From Octopus sinensis (Eukaryota): a stretch of DNA of 64,000 nucleotides. The notes beneath the pieces are model-generated. The model was not told the DNA's origin and ran no database searches. It was given only the letters and a program-made list of their open reading frames with translations. The DNA is taken from NCBI RefSeq assembly GCF_006345805.1, contig NC_043007.1:57164001-57228000 (forward strand), read 5' to 3'. Of this stretch, positions 37,189 through 51,761 are shown one piece after another (the stretch's first letter is position 1; every line of letters begins with the position of its first letter). The position numbers and the translations under genes were made by a program.

Positions 37189-38963
37189 CGATATGTCAAT
37201 ATATCCATTTCCACCTCATCACATAATTCGCAGGCTGTTTCTTTTCGCCACCCTCCTTCTATCCATAAACACACACACACACATGCATCTCAATTACAGC
37301 CGAAAAGATATAGTCGTAAGGATTAGATCCACGCATGTATTTTTTGCAAGGCATTCACGCTAGCAATTACATTGTTTCTCATCAAAACTGAATATCGAAT
37401 TAATGATTACGCACACATTTTTAATCTGTGCGCTTTTATGTGTGTGTGCAGGCGCGCATATATGTGTATGTGTGTGTATGTGCCTTTTGAGTCTATCTTG
37501 GTCGTCCTATCACTTGACCACCGCCTTGGTTTCTTTACATCCTCGTAACCTGGCGGTTCGTTTAGGGAGTCCGGCAGAATAAGTACCAGACTTAAAAAGA
37601 TAAATGCAGGGTTGATTTCTTCGACTAAGTTCCTCCAAAGCGGTGCCCCAGCATGGCCGCGGTCCAATGACTGAAACAAGTAAAAGATAAAAGATATGTG
37701 TGTATGTGTGTGCATATATATATATATATAGCGTTATACATACATACATACCCAACATAGCAAAGAGTGTATATATTGAAGACTGGTCTTCAAGGTCAGA
37801 AAATACTTCATCCTCAGCAACCACTAAACTTCTACAATGTTCAAGCAAAACTCACAGTAGAATAATATTCACACATCAGGACCAGCGCGGTCACTATATA
37901 CACGCTTTACTGATGTAATGGCCTCTGCATCTCGCAGCTGGTTTGCCTTGCTCTACCTCCACTCATCCATTCTCAACTTAGTCTTCTCTCCTCTTCTATT
38001 CAGTCTATCCAGGTGTCACACTAACCACTGAACTCAATCTTCTCTTATTAGATCCTTCAGCTTCTGTAATGCACTCCATGCATATGTTATTACAGCAGCT
38101 AAACTGCAAGACAACGCTATTAATCTCACAGATTTTAAAAGGCCTGCATGGACACACGGGCGCTGTTTCTCCCTCTGAAATGAACTAAAAAAAGTGTCTA
38201 TGTAGCTGGTTTAGTAAAAAAAAATTGATATATCTGTTTTTCGGTCATTATATCTATTCATCTCTTTATATGTCTGTTTGCCTATCTGTCTGTATATGTA
38301 TTTGCGTATTTATCCACAATAATGCATTTATATTTCTTGATGCACACACACGGACGTGCTCGCACGCACACACATTCCTTCATTTGCAAAATCTTTCTTC
38401 TCTCATCCTTCTCATTTCCGTCCATCTGCTATTCACTGCGTCATCATTCCCGATATCGCTCTCCCCACCCCATATCTCTCTTTTTCTTTCGCTTTTTCTT
38501 TTACCCGAAAGTTTGCCCTTGAAACAAAGGTGAACACTCTTTAACCAGCATAACATCAATGAAATGCAAAGATGACATGTTCTCTCGTTTTACGTGCCTA
38601 GAAGTAAATATTTTACATTTCAAAAGTGAACTGGAATTAACATCTTAACACACATACAAAAAAGCTCAAATCAAAACTAAGGAAGTCAAAAATAGCATTT
38701 CCTATACTTAGAACTAATAACATGTCACAACTAAAATCTTTCAAATAAAACTCAGTCGCTTCTAAACATTTAGTGACAAACTGGAAACCAATTACACACA
38801 CTCTGTAAGATTCGAAATGTAATAAATCATTGCTTTTATATATAAAAAACATAGATATAAAAAGGCTGTTGTGTTTTTTTCTTTCTATTCACTAATATTT
38901 TCTCAGTGAGCGGTGTTGGAGATGTTGTTGTTGTTGTCACTGTTGATAATATTTAAACCCAGC

Positions 38964-39181
38964 TAAGGTGGTGCACTGACAAAATGGTTACCGCACCGTG
39001 CAAAACGCTTAGCGGCATTTCATCCCTTCTTATGCACTGAGTTCAAATTCCACCGAGGTCGACTTTGCCTTTCATTCTTTCGGGGTCAATTAAAATAAGT
39101 ACCAGTTGAGCGCTGAGTTGAGGTAATCGACTAACCCTTCTCCCCATAATTGCTGCCCTTGTGCCAAAATTTGAATCCAAT
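38964..39181 (+). mobile_element. tRNA-derived SINE, family C
   Basis: GAGTTCAAATTCCACCGAGGTCGACTTTGCCTTTCAT...GTGCCAAAATTTGAATCCAAT. Confidence 0.8.
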
Positions 39182-39189
39182 ATTTAATC

Positions 39190-39712
39190 TCGGATAAGTA
39201 GGAGCACAGATATCTTTCGATCCAACGAAAGTGCATTTCTGCAGTGCTTTCAAAGTAACAGTAGGTTTGTATGTTGCCATAACAAACAAGGTTTATTTGG
39301 AGGAATTTAGAATTCTGATCTACAGTCTTTATCGATAGCTCAAAGTGGATCTTAAATTGTGTCTTCCTCCACAATGGTAGCGGATGGAGTCCCAATTGGG
39401 CATTTCGATTGCTCTCGTGAAGGATATGGAGACATGAAGACCATCGTCGAGTTGTTGCAATATCATAAACACAATTGGATCATCTGTGTTGACCTTAAAA
39501 TGGTATGCATCCTTCTTGGTTAGCAACACGGATACACCAAATATCTCTGTTTTCTGTGCACGCAGGACATAAGAGCTCGAGAGAAACATTGGGTGGAGAG
39601 GAATTGATCTCCAAATCTAACCTCAAACCTAGTGATCCCAACACACTACATGAGCCACATGTTGACATAAATAAAATTTTATTCCCACTTCTGCACATCA
39701 AGGTCTTGGAGG
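39190..39712 (+). mobile_element. DNA transposase fragment, probably Chapaev (CMC superfamily)
   Basis: FIDSSKWILNCVFLHNG, WIICVDLKMVCILLG*QHGYTKYLCFLC, PLLHIK; family name is from motif recollection. Confidence 0.7.
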
Positions 39713-40208
39713 AACGGTATAAGGGTAGATGGGATGTAAACATGATGTCTAAATATTGTTGTGTTGGAGCATAAAATGAAATTGTTCACACCATGGAAAA
39801 GCTGTAAGCGTCAGTTTTTACCCTAACTACTAGCAGACAATATGGATCACAGTAACAATATACTTTGTATATGTACAACTATATAAAATACACGCACAAA
39901 CAGATGCGCACACACATACACACAAACACACACACATACCCACAAATACACATACATATGCACATGCATATACATATATTTATGTATACACTCACACACA
40001 CGCACACATAAACTTAAAAGAAGAAAAGTGGGATTAAACAATCCTGGCAAACATCAATAAAGCACTCAATATTAAAAGAATTTGCCTATAAAAGTTCAAC
40101 AATCAAATACCAGTAAATGTAAGTAAAATACAGATCCAAAGCAAATCCTCATGCGTGACAAACATAAACGCGAACACACGTGCACTTTGGAAATGGAAAA
40201 ATTGATCC

Positions 40209-40320
40209 TATTCTCTTACAGCTGTTTCAGTTTAGCCTAAAGATTAAATTGTAATAATTAAATTGATTTAATTATTGTAATTTAATCTTTAGGCTAAACT
40301 GAAATATCTGTAAGAGAATA
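40209..40320. repeat. 55-bp-stem hairpin/palindrome
   Basis: Arms 40209-40263 and 40266-40320 with 4 mismatches; contains the HHR 3' half GAAACAGCUGUA on the minus strand. Confidence 0.9.
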
Positions 40321-40791
40321 TGTTGGATTTTTGAAGTTAATCATATTAATGCTACATCTCCATTTTCTAAATTTTCTTTTGAATATTAATAAACCAAGGT
40401 TTATATTTAGACCTACTATTTTATGAATATTACTATTCACAAAAAATACTAGGCAATCTAATTAAATATATATGTATAGTCATGTATGTAAGTGTGTGTG
40501 TATATATCTATATATATGTATCTAAAGTTAATCCAAACATGAAAACACAACAACGCGACGACGTGGAACAAGTATAGTGTTATTGGACGCTCTTCGTCAG
40601 AAACATAGGAAAAGGAAGGATCCAAAGAAGGGAAGACGGAGGAAAAAAATCGCCAACGGTACACACGCAGTCACATTTTGATATATATGTATATATATAT
40701 ATATGTATGTATATCTATTGGTCTTACTCGTTTATGAGTTGACTTCCGCCAATACACACACACACACATATATATATATATACACACACAA

Positions 40792-40826
<35 letters not shown>

Positions 40827-40894
40827 CATATATGTATATATATATATATATAATATATATATATCTATATATATATATATCTACATATATATAT

Positions 40895-40928
<34 letters not shown>

Positions 40929-40951
40929 TCACACACACACACATATATATA

Positions 40952-40996
<45 letters not shown>

Positions 40997-41230
40997 TATT
41001 CACACATACATGTATACCCATACATTAAAAAATTGATATCTCTTAAATGCTAAGTGACTTTTGGATCATACATACTCTGTTTTTCTCTTATTCTTCCACT
41101 GTCTCTGTATGTGTGTTTGTTTTGTGTGTGTGTGTGCATGCGTCTGACCGTACGCGCGCGTGTATGTGAGCACATCAGTATGTGCTTGTTTGCCTATGAA
41201 TGTGTACGTATTTACATAATACATTCATAC

Positions 41231-41306
<76 letters not shown>

Positions 41307-41689
41307 CATACATACACATAGATACATATTACATACATATTTACACACGTACACATGGCTGCAAATCAATATAGCAAGACATACACATATGTATATATAT
41401 ATATGATGCATGTGTGTGTATAATATATATATATATATAATATATATATATATATATAATATATATATTATATATATATATAGCTATACATGCATGTACA
41501 CATACACGTATATGTGTTAGGTTTACGTGTGCTTATGTGCGACTAAATTTTCTTTGGATTTAATTGACGTATTCATTAGAGAAGCCTTTTCAAATTTCGT
41601 CTTTATTTTCAGTTTCCATACTATCTCACATCTATACGTCGGTAGTCACTGTATCTTTTAATGTTGCTTTTGCTTCTCTGATGGCTTTT

Positions 41690-41828
41690 CTTCTTCTTCT
41701 CTTCTTCTTCTTCTTCTTCTTCTTCTTCTTCTTCTTCTTCTTCTTCTTCTTCTTCTTCTTCTTCTCTTCTTCTTCTTCTTCTTCTTCTTCTTCTTCTTCT
41801 TCTTCTTCTTCTGTTGTTGTTGTTGTTG

Positions 41829-41877
<49 letters not shown>

Positions 41878-41885
41878 CATTATTA
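41690..41885. repeat. Compound trinucleotide microsatellite (CTT)n-(GTT)n-(ATT)n
   Basis: Read directly from the sequence. Confidence 0.95.
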
Positions 41886-42229
41886 TTTTTATTATCAATA
41901 ACAACAGTAATAACAACATCAAAAAAACATCATCAACAACAATAATAACGACAGCGATAATAATAATGATAATAGGAATATTATTCAGTCTACTGATAAT
42001 GGCATTAATGATAAAATATAACAACTACAATGATATCAACAACACAAAGATAATTATATCCAAAGCAAGCAGTGATGACTATGATAGTGATGGGGAGGAT
42101 GGGGAGGATGAGGAGGAGGAGGAGAAGAAGTAAAGGGAAGAGGTTGTAGGTGATGCGACCGAGGAGGATGATATGAACGAAGCTGAAGAAATAAGAATGA
42201 AGATGATATTGGTGTTAGTAATGATGGTG

Positions 42230-42283
<54 letters not shown>

Positions 42284-42876
42284 TAATAATAATAATAATT
42301 TACATAAGGCTACAAATTTGCGTGGAGGTGTATAAACGATCAATTAAAATATGAAAACGAAAACTGATATCCAAGTGAAAAGAAAATTGTTTTAAAAAAT
42401 ATTTAAAAAAAAATGAGAAATGGGTAAATTGGAGTTGAATGAATGAAGGTAAAAAAAGAAGCAAGAGAAAAAAGAGAAAAGAAGAGCGATGAATATAAAA
42501 AAAGCGAATGGGAACAAAGTTAAACTGAAAGATAAAAAGGAATATATAAAAACAATGAATGCATTCGTAAATAAATAACGATTGTAAGGAAACAGGAGTG
42601 AAAGAAAAGGAAGAAAAATCTGAGAAATATGGAGAAAGAAATATAGCAAGAAAAATTAAGCGTTGTGTTGTTGGGTGAGGTTGGGGAAGGAATTTAAACT
42701 GTGAATGAAAGGAAATTAAAAAATTACTGCTAGAATTACATATAAAAAGAAACATGAGATGAATAAAAGAAGGAAAATGGTGGCCGAAAAATATTAATAG
42801 TCGGTGGGGTAAGGGGAGGAAGAAGTCAAAATAAAAGTAAAAGAGAGAGGGGCAGGAGAGAAAGATAAAGGAAGGT

Positions 42877-42911
<35 letters not shown>

Positions 42912-44479
42912 AGGAGAGGAGGAAACAGAAAAAAAGGAGAGGAAAGTGAGAGGTGTAAAGGACAAATAAATTATTTGGAAACGGAAAAAAACCGAAAAAA
43001 TAAGTAGGAAAAAGAAAACGAAAGAAAAGACAGAAAAAAAGAAAGCAAGTATGAAAGAAAAAAGGAAAAAAGAAAAAAGAAAGAAAATAGGAAAAGAAAA
43101 GATCAGAAAAATAAGAAATACTGTATTTTAAAAAGAAATGGATGGAGAAAGAAAGAGAGAGGGAGGGGAGAGAAAAATGGATAGGAATAAAGTTGAAGAA
43201 AAATGGATGGGTATTTGATAAAAGACTCTAGAAGGAACGGTTGCAAGTGTAAAGATAGCGTTGTAGAAACTGGGAGGGAGTAGAAGAGATGAGAGGGGAG
43301 AGAAGAGAGAGTGAGAGAGAGAGAAGGAGAGAGCAGGGGAGAGAGAAGGGGGAGAGGCAAATGAGAGAGAGAAAGTGATGGTGGGAGTGAGAAAGAAATA
43401 GAAATTTGGTATGCTACATGATAGGATTAGAATTGTTGACTGGTTATGATAGGGTAATGGAATGGTACAAAGAATTATCACAGTGAAATGTATTTGATAT
43501 ATGTATATATAGAACGATATAGTGTTGAACAAAATACTTTGTGGTATTTGGTTATGTCGCTCCTATTTATTCCACTTCAGGTCAATTCTACCTTTCTTCC
43601 TCCCGGATTTTTGTGGGAGTCGAGCGTCAGCCTTTAATGATTCTACTGTGCGTGCGAAGTCTAATATTTGAAACCATAAATATATGTGTGTGTATGTGTG
43701 TGTAAGGGTGATGTGTGTATATGCGTGTGAATGTGTGTTTATATGTGTGTACGCGTATGTGTGTGTGCGTGTGTATGTATGTGTATGCGTGTGTATATAT
43801 ATGTGTATGTATGTGCATGAGTACGTATGTGTGTGTATGTATGCGTGTGTATGTGTGTGTGCATGTGTGTGTATGTATGCTTTTACAAGGGGTAACATTC
43901 ATTAAAACATATTGAATACACAATTGTAGAGTTCGTTCATCTCTTTCATCGAAATAATTTTTTTCATATTTTCGCATAGGTTGTTCCTATTTCAAACAGT
44001 AAAATTCTTAAATCCAGTATCAACATTTCTAGACCTTCAGAGTCTCACCCTCAAGATGATGCAAACTTTTGGCATATGTTGCTGCTTCTTCATTCTACAA
44101 CTAGCAGCACAGCACCTCACAAACAAAAACTAAATTGGGAAGACATTAGCAGACAACACAAAAATGGACGATTAACAATGGAACTGCACCCATACAAGAG
44201 CAAATTGGTAAACTCGCACACAACAAACACTAGTCATATATACACTAAAAGTCATGATGTATAAATCTAATGTTCAACATTAAAATTCTGGCTATAATGT
44301 CTACACTGACATCATTGTCCATCCATGTTCATTTAAAAAAGGGAAACAACAGATGTCTTCATGACTTGTTCTCAAAATATGACTATGAAGGTCTAGAATA
44401 TTGATGATAGATTTAGGAGCATGCACGAATGATTATGTATAAGTAACTATGAATGGTTAGTGGAAGCAGCGGACTGGAA

Positions 44480-44793
44480 TTGTAGATTAGGCAAATTAAG
44501 GTTAGATTTGATTTATTGCGGGTTCAAGTTTGTACGAAGAAGCTAAGCTTCTGTTCTTTTGGAAGTGGGAGGTATTGAGAGCTGTGGCCTGTAGCGAGGA
44601 AATGTCGAAATGTTAGTGATTCCGTTGCCGAGTCGAAAGTCTTGGAGGTGCTATGCGAGCCTGTTGAATAGTTAGCGTCTAGCTTGCCCGACGTAAAATG
44701 AATTGCAGAAAGAATATTTGAACGCGTAGATAAGGTTGTTGGTGGTGCAAGAGGAGAGACCTTAATCTAGAAGGTTGTTAGGTACTCCGATAA
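44480..44793 (-). mobile_element. Penelope-like GIY-YIG fragment
   Basis: Minus strand SCTTNNLIYAFKYSFCNSFYVGQARR*LFNRLA*HLQDFRLGN. Confidence 0.75.
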
Positions 44794-44851
44794 TGGGCTT
44801 CGTATATTCTACTCCAGTGTCACTTTGATGGCATGCACTGCTCTCTCACTC

Positions 44852-44903
<52 letters not shown>

Positions 44904-44934
44904 TAATAATAATAATGATAATGATAATGATAGT

Positions 44935-44989
<55 letters not shown>

Positions 44990-45077
44990 TTAATAATAAT
45001 GATGATGATGATGATGATGATAATAATAATAATAATAATAATAGTAATAATAATACTACTACTACTACTACTACTAC

Positions 45078-45119
<42 letters not shown>

Positions 45120-45141
45120 TAATAATAATGGTAATAATAAT

Positions 45142-45675
45142 AAAATGCCCTGATGCAGTGGCTCTCATGGTTTTTAATCTTAACTGATTGGAAGTGTTAT
45201 CATGTACATAGTTTTGTCTTGGTATAAAAGATGGGCTACAGCAAATATTTTGCTCTCTACCACAGATTTGCTTGTAAATTGTTTGATGTTAACCAGTTGA
45301 ACATATCCCTTAGTGGTTGACGATAAGTGCATCTCGGATCACGAGCAGAAGTAGTGGCAGAGCATCACAGCCATGTGTTGAAAGGAATTCTTTAGGGTTT
45401 GGATAATTCACCTTTGGAAACATGGGTGCTTCGTTCAACATGTTTAAACAAACCCTATTCAGGGAGCTTTTGAGAGGGATGGGCTACTCGACCAGAAGAA
45501 AATCCTAACTAAGCTCTACCCGCAAGGTCATGCGCTGTTTATCTTGATGTGAGATCACCAAGTCGCGCACATATGGTTGTGGTGCATGTATACCCTTATC
45601 AGACGGGTCGTCATGATGGGTATGCAGATATTTTACCTCAGTGTCACATTGATAGCATGCACTTCTCTCTCACTC
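45142..45675 (+). mobile_element. (AAT)n-tailed retroposed element, longer relative of the 14760 triplet
   Basis: Aligns to the reverse complement of 14760-15220 with about 85 extra bp at the 5' end; a 57-bp 3' stub of the same family lies at 44794-44850. Confidence 0.85.
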
Positions 45676-45829
45676 AATAATAATAATAATAATGATGATA
45701 ATAATAATAATAAAAATAATAATGATGATAATAATAATAATAAAAATAATAATGATGATGATGATAATAATAATAATAATAATGATGATGATATATAATA
45801 ATAATAATAATAATAATATAATAATAATA

Positions 45830-45880
<51 letters not shown>

Positions 45881-45934
45881 TAATAATAAAGATAATAATA
45901 ATAAAATATAATAATAATAAAAATAATAATGATG

Positions 45935-45973
<39 letters not shown>

Positions 45974-46010
45974 TAATAATAATAATAATAATGATGATGA
46001 TAATAATAAC

Positions 46011-46062
<52 letters not shown>

Positions 46063-46099
46063 TAATAATAATAATAATATTAATAATAATAATAATAAA

Positions 46100-49000
46100 G
46101 ACTCAAACCAGACCCCATAACAAAACATACTGATACAATACAATATATCCCCCTCCACCAAAAAATGCAGCACATACTAGCCTACAAGCATAAAGGTGCA
46201 ACAAATGATGCAATAGAAAGTTGCTTGAAACTTTCAGATGTCAAAAATTAATAGTGGTGATGACGATGGTGAGGAACATTACATTACCTCAGTTAATGAG
46301 AGACAGGAGATTCCGAAAAACTCTGATTGTAACAGCAAAAATGAAGCTGGACTGTTAAGGGAAGGCCTCTCGCTCGGCAGTGGTTCAGTAAAGATGCAGA
46401 CTGACCACAGCTGCTATCCTCATATAGTAGCAGAAGATAATAGAGCAAGTCGGAAGAAGTAGACCAGCGAAAAAACAACAACAGGACAGTGATGCAGTGC
46501 TACTTAGAAAGTGAACCTAAAAGAAGGTGCTATAGAAAACGGATGTTAACACTTTGGTTAGAGAAGGGTATGTTGAAAGTGACTGAGCAGAGATTAGGTG
46601 ATGAAGCTAATGCCATTAGAAGAAGAAAGTGGATGACAGAAGTGGAGGTAGAAGAGATCACAAGAGAAGTGGAAAAGAAAGACCAAACAGTAGGAAAGAC
46701 AAGCAACAAAAGAGCTACAGCTCAAACCAAAGAAGAACCTAAAGGAAAAAGATGATAGTAACTCTATCAATAAGAAAGTGACAACTGGCACTTGCGACAG
46801 AAGATTTTAGATGAGTTGCAGGCAGTAATGTGTAAAGAAGTAATAAAATGATTGCCAGCATTAAATGGCACCAACAGAAGGAAGCTGCTAGAAATGATTA
46901 GGAAAGTAGATTATGTTATCAGTTGGATAGATAATAAAAATATAGGAGACACTAACCTATTGATCTATGCAGGAGGGGTGGTAGTTACCAGAAGATTAGA
47001 TAACTCACTGGTAAAGATTTAAAAAGAGCAAATGTGGTAAAGGCGATTACAAAAAAGTGAAGACTTTGAGACAAGATCTGAGTAAAATAGGAGCCTGGAA
47101 ACTGAACAAGTTAGGAAACACAAGATGCAAATCTTCCATTGAGAAAATATACTTAGTCAAAGAGAAAGGATTTGGGGCAATAATAGAAGAGTTGAAACAG
47201 CGTATCATAGCAGTAGCTGGCGAGCTCTCCAGATATCAGAAAAGAATAAATCAGTATCAACAGAATAGATTATTCGAGATAGACCAGAGGAGATTTTATA
47301 ACCAATAGTGGGAAACAAAGTACTGAAGATGAGAAACCTAATGCAGACGAAGCTAGAAAGTTCTGGAGTAATATTTGGGATAAGCCAGTCAATCAGAATG
47401 GAGATGTAGTATGGTTAATGAATGTAAGGGAAGAAGTAGTGAGTGAGAAGCAGCCAGGTCTAAGACTAACTAGTGCATTAATGAGTAAAGTATTAGGAAA
47501 ATGCCAAATTAGAAGAACCGAGGACCAGATTTAGTTCAAGGGTACTGGCTAAAGAACTTTAATAGTTTAAATGGGAAGCTGAATGAACAACTTCAAGATT
47601 GCCTTAGTGGGGAATGACTGGATGACTAGAAGGCGGACAATACTCATCATGAAAGATAAAAGCAAGGGCAATACAGCTAGCAACTATAGACCAATCACTT
47701 ACTTACGATTAGTGTGGAAGTTAATAACAGGAATGTTTTCAGAAAGCATTTACGAGCCCCTTGACAACCAGAATTTATTACCAGAACAGAAATGCTGCAG
47801 GAAGAAGGCTAGAGGAATGCATGATTTATTATACTTTGACAAAGCAGTTCTAAATGAAGTAAAAGCTAGAAAGAAAAATTTAACCATAGCATGGATAGAT
47901 TATAGGAAAGCCTATGACAGGATACCACACTCATGGATAAGGGAATGTTTAAATATATTCAGTATGGCTGACAACATAAAAAATTAATTAGCTGTAGCAT
48001 GAAGAAATGGAAAGTAGATCCTTACTCAGATGACATACTTTTAGAGAATGTTAATATCGAAAGAGGAATTTTCCAGGGGAACTCATTGTCCCCTTTAATA
48101 TTTTGTCTTATGTTTGATCTCATTTAACATAATATTAAGAAAGGCAAAGGCAGGGTACCAGTTCAGAAGTAGTAAAGGAAAAATTAACTATTTGCTTTAT
48201 ATGGATGATCTGAAGCTTTTTAATAAGAATGAAAGAGATTCCTTAATACAGACTGTAAGACTCTTCAGCAAAGATATAGGCATAGAATTTGACATAAATA
48301 AGTGTGAAATATTAGTCATGAGAAGGGGACCGGTAGTTAACAGCGAAGGCATCTAGCTATCGGATGGCCAGGCATTAAAATTAGTGAAAGGAGGAGTGAG
48401 TTATAAATATCTAGGAGTATTATAATCTGAAAAAGTACTAACTATAGAAATGAAAAAGAAAATTGAGAAGGATACCTCCGAAGGTTGAGGAATCTAATGA
48501 AGTCAAAGTTAAGTGGTCCGAATCTAGTGAAGGCTGTAAATACACGGGAAGAATCATTACTTAGATACTCAGCAGCTTTTGTAGATTGGAAAAAACTGAA
48601 TTAGCAAAGCTAAACAGAAGAACTAGGAAGTAATTCAATATAAATGCAGGACTCCACACAAAGGCAGGAGTTGCAAGATTATACTTACCTATAAAGGAAG
48701 GCGGAAGAGAGATAATATCAGTAGAAGACTGCGTGGAGTTAGCTTGAGTAGATATAGACTCCTACGTAGATATAGACTCCTACGTAGGTAATAGTGAAGA
48801 AAGCTAGAGTCACAGCAAGACATAGAGAAACCAAAAAACCCAAGCGAGGTTAAAAGAACAGAAATTATCTGACTGGCATTGTAGATTTCCGAAGATAGTG
48901 GCAGCAAATAATAGTAGTGAGGCGTGGTTATGGTTTCAGAAGGGAAAGCTGAAGAGGGAGATAGAGAGTTTGTTAGTAGCAGCACAAGATCAAGCGTTAA

Positions 49001-49700
49001 GAACTAATTGGATAGAGCCAACAGAGAAAAAAACAATTAAATTTCCAATGTAGGTTATGTAAATCAAAGGAGAAAAGCGTTATTCATATAGTAAGTGAAT
49101 GTAGCATGCTTGCATATAAAGAATACAAGAAAAGGGAAGACAACCTAAGGAGAGTAATCCGCTGGGAGTTCTTTAGAAAGCTAGGATTTGAACATACTGA
49201 TAAATATTATGAGCATGAACCTAGTAAAGTACTAGGAAGTAAGAAATACAAGATGTTGTTGGCCTTTAACATTCAGACTGACAGTGTAATAGAAGTTAGA
49301 AGGCCTGATTTAGTAGTAGTAGATAAAGAGAATAGAAAATGCTAGATAATTGACTTTACAGTCCAAAATGATGAAAAATTCTATATGAGAGGTATAGAAA
49401 AATAGCGAAGTACCAGGACCTAGCCATTGACTTACATAGACTATGGGAAGTGCGGGTAAAATGTATCCCTGTAGTTATACGTGCATTGGGACCTATCCCT
49501 AAAGATTTGAACAGACCAATAGAGGAAATAGGCATAAAACCCAGTTTAGTACAGTTCCAGAAAACAGTGTTATTGGGGACAACTAGGATACTAAGGAGGG
49601 TTCTTGGCATCTATGGTTACTTGTTGTAGCCCGGTGTTAGGACTTTTTGTTTTTCAACAGTCTAATCTGTTGTGTGTATATGAAAACACTAATAATAATA
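46100..49700 (+). mobile_element. Near full-length R4/Dong-type RLE LINE, decayed
   Basis: YRKRMLTLW..TEQRL; SNYRPIT; AWIDYRKAYDRIPHSWI; LLYMDDLKLF; C-x2-C..H..C knuckle; IQTD..RRPDLVVVDKENRKC; (TAA)n upstream and TAATAATAATA tail at 49690-49700. Confidence 0.93.
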
Positions 49701-50111
49701 TAGAACGTGGGCATGCGAGAGAGAGAAGAGAGAGAGGGGGAAGGAAGGAGGGAGTATGTGTGAATGTGCGAGTGTTTCCATCTTGTATTCATATTAGTGT
49801 TTCCTCAATTGGTGCTTTGATACAGAACAGAAAAATCCTAATGACTTCCGCTCTTCATCACCGAACTTGCAACAGCTTCATAATATACACATCTCTCTAG
49901 CGGGCATTAACAAGTAAGTCGTATTCATATTGTTCTGTTATGAATAGGTAAATTATAACATACAGCTTGAGTAATTCTTTTCCAAGTTATTTTTTTCCGC
50001 GAAGGGCTGATAGCACATTTAAGAAAATTTGAAACAAATCAAATTAAAAGAATGCTGCTAAGAGGGAGATAACTTTTCAAAAGTCTCCAGATAACTTGTA
50101 TTCGCTCTCAG

Positions 50112-50182
50112 GCAACTGATCTTAACAGCCATTTGAAAGCCGTTTCCGGGAGAGGCAGCAATAGCTTCCTGCATATAGTGAC
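50112..50182 (+). CDS. Candidate coding exon (weak)
   Basis: ttcgctctcag|GCA...AC|gtatgt; ATDLNSHLKAVSGRGSNSFLHIV(T). Confidence 0.22.
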
Positions 50183-50302
50183 GTATGTATGCTTCAAAAT
50201 AGTCATTTGTATTTTATGCCCATTCCGCAATGTTGATTGTGAAATTAGCTAATTGTGAAATTCTCAGGAATTCTGTTTCAGGCAGTTGTTCGTTACAGCT
50301 GC

Positions 50303-50490
<188 letters not shown>

Positions 50491-51544
50491 GCGTATATGT
50501 GTGTCTGTGTGTGTGTGTGTGTATATATATATATAAATATATGCATACATATTTATATATGCATGTTTGTGTGGGGGAGTGGGGTGTAGTATGAATAGAA
50601 GCTGAGGCAACATGGAAGCAAGAAAGAAATATGGCCGTGGTAAACGTCTCGATAGTCAATAATCAATTTAGTTTCAGTGATTATTCTATTGCACTACTTC
50701 TCTAGATTCATCAGTAACTGTAAATATCATAGAAGTAGTAAACACGGCAACCGTGGAGAATGGCGACGTACAGTAAAAGAGGGTATACAGAGGAGTGACA
50801 AAAAGAGAGAGTAGAAATGGAAAGAAAGGAAGCGACATAAACAAGAGACCATGGCACTACAATCAGCCAGGAACAGTCTTCGCTACATTTGCAGTACCTG
50901 CCAGAGGGAGTGTTTGTCCAGGATAGGACTACACAGCCACAGCAAGAAATGTAACAGGAAATAAAATATAACAGCCGGACTAGACCTAGAAAAAAAAAAA
51001 AAAAATGCGCAACTCCATTGTCTCCCGAGACAGAAAGGATGCCAAACAAACAAGTAAACATGACAAAAAAAGAAAAAAGAAAAATCTAAGGATTTCAAAC
51101 GCAGAGAGCGACAGAACTGCATACTAGTTGAATAACTTAACAGCAATTTATAGCAAAAAAGAAAAAGAATGAAGAATAAAATGATGATTAATTACAGTCG
51201 TTTGGAGTATGGACTAGAATACAGGGAGATTAGAAGCTCATATTTTCGTATAACAGATGAAACAGTTTATACACACATATGCACTCAGATGTAAACAAAC
51301 CAACACCGGTTGTCAAGGACAACACACACACATGCACACGCGCGCGGACGCATACATATGGTGGCTTATTGTACAGGTGTTGTTTTTCTGAAATAAGACA
51401 AAGAAATTCTGAATCTAACAGAGTCTAATGGAGAATAATTTCAACTGAAAATTCTTTCAACACTTGCACTTCATCTTTAAGCTTATTTAAACTTCTCTTT
51501 TATTATTAGATCAAAGTACCTACAAAATTGCTTCTTAACAATAT

Positions 51545-51761
51545 CGGTTTCAAATTTTAGCAGAAGGTCAGTAATTTTAGAGAAGCGGATAAGTCGATTG
51601 CATCGACTCCAGTGTTCAACTGATACTTATTTTATCGACAACGAAAGGATAAAAAGCAGAGTCAATTTCAGCGGAATTCGAATTCAGAACGTAAACACGG
51701 GCGAAATGTCGCTAAGTACTTTTCCCAGCGCACTTACCGATTCTGCCAGCTCGTCACCTTA
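51545..51761 (-). mobile_element. tRNA-derived SINE, family C
   Basis: Reverse complement of the 38964-39181 family. Confidence 0.78.

Noticed and set aside
42300-42965. 221-aa Phe/Leu-rich membrane protein; similarly ORF 52696-53394
   Set aside because: Produced by pyrimidine-rich strand skew; no domain motifs or splice support.
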